Positions 60,501 through 64,000 of a DNA stretch of 64,000 bases are shown one piece after another; position 1 is the first letter of the stretch, and every line of letters starts with the position of its first letter. The DNA comes from Takakia lepidozioides (lineage: Eukaryota > Plantae > Bryophyta). Location: the NCBI GenBank assembly GCA_030704615.1, contig CM060731.1:68014001-68078000 (forward strand), read 5' to 3'. The notes below the pieces were generated by a model. It saw nothing but the letters and a program-made list of their open reading frames with translations. It ran no database searches and was not told the origin of the DNA. The translations under genes were made by a program, and so were the position numbers.

Positions 60501-63120
60501 AAAGACATCATAAATCACATTTGCTTCTGCATCTGTCCACCTTTCTTATGAACAACTACATCAGCATAAACTGTCACGTAGCTGGACCAGCAGCTGTATT
60601 TGGCCAGAACTGGTGGTAAGCACATGTAACCACTGGCCCACAAAGGGAACCGTCCAATTCCAGGTCCACAAAGGGGCAAGGGAGGGTTTTGAAAACTTTT
60701 TTGCACCCATTGCCTCGCACCAGCCGCAGGTGCCATCACCTTCACACGACAACCTGCCAGCCCATTATGGCATGGGCACTACCGGGTCGTGGGCTGGGCT
60801 GTGGGCCAAGCCCTTCTTTGCTCTTCTAGAGCACCGGTCGTAGGCGGTGGCTGGAGCATCCCGGTCACCTGCTCGCCGCACCCAGATGCAATTCCGGGTA
60901 AGTAGGCCCCTGCGGGTCAGGCGACGGGTTAATGGGGACGGGTTAATGGGGACAAAGAATGAAGGTCATTGGCCCGCAACTAACCAGGCCGGGGTCGGTT
61001 TATGGGCCAATGGAGATACTTCCTAAGGAGGAAGGAACCTCTGTAGTATACAATGTTGTGAGAACGGATTTGTGAGTATCCATTGAAGTGAACCATGAAG
61101 GCTGCTAAGCGTACCTGACACAATTGTGGCTGATTGGGTGACTGCAGATTAAAGGGGGATCAATTGCTGAAGGCTCTGAGATGCAGCTTGAGGTTGCTGA
61201 ATTCTCTTGGAGGGATGTAGAGGTAAACTCTTATCACTCCCTCCTTCAAGTCAACTAGCTTTGTTCAAAAAGGAATTGGCAACCCATTCCCCTATTTTCA
61301 CTTACGTCAGGCAGGAAAGTCGATTGATGTTAGGGATAATATAGTCTCATTTGCTGAAATGCACTTGTTCTGAACTTTTTCATTTTTTGTTCCCAGACTC
61401 ACTTGACATGTTTTCTGCTGCTTGTATTTGCGGTTTGAAACTTACCAACCTTCGGCAAAGGCCTTATCTAATTCTTCACTGTCTTGAATAGGCTAATGTA
61501 GTCCAGTTTACAGTTGTCTGGAGAGTCTAGATAGTTTCAATGTTGAATATCCTGACCTTCTCTTATTGGTGGGTGCTTTATGTGGGTTTCATGGCAGTTG
61601 GATGGGAGTATGTTAGTACATGCAACAAATGTCATGGGCTCCCCTCAAAGGTCTGAGGATGGCTTAGAGAGCATTCTGCAATATGGAGCTGGGTATGTGT
61701 TTCCACATCCATTGTTTATTAAACCTGGCCTGTCTTCACGGAAAGTGCATCAAGTACACCAATCTAAATAGAGGCCCTGCAATGTGACAGTGGTATGATT
61801 TTTTACTGCAAATCTTTGTCTGTACTTTCTTGCTCTCAAGTCTCTCCCTCTGCTATGTTGAAAGTGGGCATGGTGTGTCTCATCGGACAAGTACAGTTAA
61901 TAATTATGTAACACTTTGTTACCTTATTACATGGAGGGATAAGCAGTCTAAGTGTTCCAAATGTGTGTGAAGATGTGGGAGATGCCGGCTTCAAGGGGTA
62001 CGAGTGAAAAACAAGGGCATTGATTGGAATTGCACTACCAATGTGTATTGGCAGCATCGTGTTCAAAGGCTAGAGACTTTGCAGATTATCTTGGAAGGGA
62101 ATGCTGAATTTGAAGCGTATAATGTCACACTGGAGGTAAGAGTTTGGTGTTTGATTTGCTCTATATCTTCTGTGTAGAGTGGGATTGGGCGTAATCCTTG
62201 CTGGAACAGAAAGAGAAGGGGAACAGCTTAAGGCTTTGCACTGCAGACGGCTTTTTGGCATTGACCCACAGGATATAACCCCTTCCCATTAAGTGACATG
62301 TTAGTGCAAAACTGTCATAACTCCCACACTCAATGATGTCGCATCTAAAAGGTTGAGCTTTTACTGTTACTGGTCTAAAACATGATGCAGATAGGAAGGT
62401 GATTGAAAGGAAGAGTGGATACCAGCAAGGGGCGCACTACCTTACGTGATTGCTTGTTGCCTGCAAACATAACTTCTTACAGAGAATCTGTCAAAGTGTA
62501 GGCGAAAAAGGTGCAGAAAATAGTTCCATTGGACAAGTCTAAATAGGTGCTGCTTGCTTGGGGAGTTGCAGGGATCACATACATTTGAAGTGCCAAATGG
62601 ACATTGCATGCGAGTAACAGAGACCCCATCAGGTCTGGGCCACACAAATAGTTCAAAATAAAGTTTTCAAAATAAAGTTTTCATGATAGACCTTTTTCAA
62701 TTTTGTAGCTGAGACTGTTGCTCTTTTGTGTTTGTGGTTTGAGCTTCACATGCCCATCATGTACTCCAAATTAACGTCAGTGTGACGTAACTGCATGTAT
62801 GACCTGCAAGTTCGAACTAGGGATTGATGCTTGCATTATGGGGCACTCAATATCAAGCTTAGTAACAATTATCATGCATATTGTACTTCCATGATTGTGC
62901 TTGATCAGGTACAATCTTGAAGTAGGGCTTTATGGATTGAAGAATTTATCCCATGGTTTGAACTATATCACCTCTCTGATCTGGATAGTATGACCATGAT
63001 GCAGGGTTGTTACGCACATTGGAGCCTTTGTTGCCAAATGTCTCCATACAGGGTACGTGGTATTGGTGCTACTCACTAGATAACAATGGTCAAGTTTGTT
63101 TGACTATGTCGGACACCTAA
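51513..63120 (+). CDS. UGP3: Plastid UDP-glucose pyrophosphorylase 3 (sulfolipid pathway), 978 aa, 17 coding exons
   Basis: Phase-consistent GT-AG model: 51513-52504, 53167-53362, 53594-53743, 54951-55112, 55787-55959, 56179-56245, 56618-56784, 57870-58028, 58144-58235, 59338-59432, 59687-59764, 60072-60167, 61148-61222, 61598-61692, 61973-62135, 62572-62632, 63005-63120 (2937 nt). Motifs FYDSIGGIIGYQ, IYPLGGAGDRLGL, KPGGHG, YPANTN, ECTMQNIAD. Ser-rich transit-peptide-like N-terminus. Confidence 0.95.
55186..55755 (+). mobile_element. LINE family A tail (55186-55290) directly followed by a degenerate LINE family B fragment (~55300-55755)
   Basis: Family A hairpin and tail, then RQERKELHVKWTW..LTSKF, DNIHFLIQ, CVNGFLEEIWEA. 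The pair fills most of UGP3 intron 4. Confidence 0.8.
58399..58583 (-). mobile_element. LINE family A tail and family B terminal motif
   Basis: (GAAAT)3..ATAATGTCTGCAGAAAGCTCAGAGAGCTTAT at 58399; GTTTGCCGTAGCCTTATGGCC at 58562. Confidence 0.8.
60630..61013. mobile_element. Putative non-autonomous TIR element (GC-rich, 384 bp) in UGP3 intron 12
   Basis: CCACTGGCCCACAAA / TTTATGGGCCAATGG (13/15 complementary). GC-rich interior with a tandem GACGGGTTAATGGG. No clear TSD. Confidence 0.5.
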
Positions 63121-64000
63121 AGACTTTCACTCATAGAGCTACAATGTAGTAGGCAGGTTGGACAGTACTGCAGGTAGGGCAACAATAAGAGCTGGTGCAA
63201 GGAACATGTGGATGGATGCACTTCCTACATTTGCATTCGAGTTGTTGGGGACTTCAGTCATTGAGCCTGTGGGGAAGGGTCATGCTGGCAGCTGGCAGCC
63301 CCCAGCATTTTCTTTTTTCTCTCCCGAGTTGCATTCAACTCCTGCAGTTTTGAAGGAGTAATCCATGCAATTGTTAAATCACAGCCACGCGGCAAATCTC
63401 TTGCCTTCATGTGGCGATGTATTTATAGTCTAGATAAATTGATTGCTTCATCTGCTCAATGAAGCATTGTGAAGCGGTGGTATTTTGTCATACCAACGGT
63501 TTTGGAAACATTGACAGCCTTAGAAAGTTGTATTTAATATATTTGAAGGATCAAACATGTGAGCAGGTGACATCTCACCCTTACATGCTCTTGAGGCGAT
63601 GGCCCATTAAGAAGGCTTGGGAGCACTCCTTAGTTGTGTTACTGGATTATATTCTTATTTTGTCTGTCAATCTCTGGGTCCTTTACTCTCTTTGCAGCAC
63701 ATAATTCTGTTATGCCTTCTCCTGTAGTATGAACTTGTGAGCAATTACAATCCTTCTACATTGGAATTGTCAAACAGTTTTCAGTTGGGTGTCTACGTTA
63801 CAACCCAAAGTATGTGTGACAGAAGTCGAATTTTGGTATGGCGTCGAACCTACAGTCTTTGCTCAATTCACAATTGAAAGAAAGTCATGATGAGAGAGCT
63901 GACACCAACTGAAGTCAGTGTAACCAAGAGCCTTTTCTCCTTGCGTGTCTTGCCCCTTTTTGGGTGTTGGCAAGAGAGCTTAGCAAGTTCTGGCCTTATG

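Overview
Eukaryotic nuclear DNA from a land plant, most likely a non-seed plant such as a bryophyte (inferred from gene content). The first ~10.5 kb is AT-rich intergenic DNA. It holds an F-box pseudogene fragment between direct repeats, two hAT-type MITEs with 8-bp TSDs, a tRNA-derived SINE with a TSD, and a ~120-nt foldable element ending in T7. Five genes follow: (1) an intronless ATN1/STY-like Raf-type kinase (+); (2) a ~20.5-kb multi-exon, highly divergent DDB1-like beta-propeller gene (+); (3) a single-exon Crinkler (CRN/RHS)-type P-loop NTPase whose nuclease module is replaced by a charged coiled coil (-); (4) a 15-exon, 882-aa uncharacterised protein with ECTFxPxI repeats and an EF-hand (-); (5) plastid UDP-glucose pyrophosphorylase UGP3, 17 coding exons, 978 aa (+), divergent from gene 4. 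The introns carry roughly 30 5'-truncated copies of an RTE-X-like LINE with a 3' stem-loop and (CATTT)n tail, often stacked head-to-tail, plus a second LINE family and a Ty1/copia remnant. All alignments and family assignments were made by eye from recalled motifs; no searches were run.
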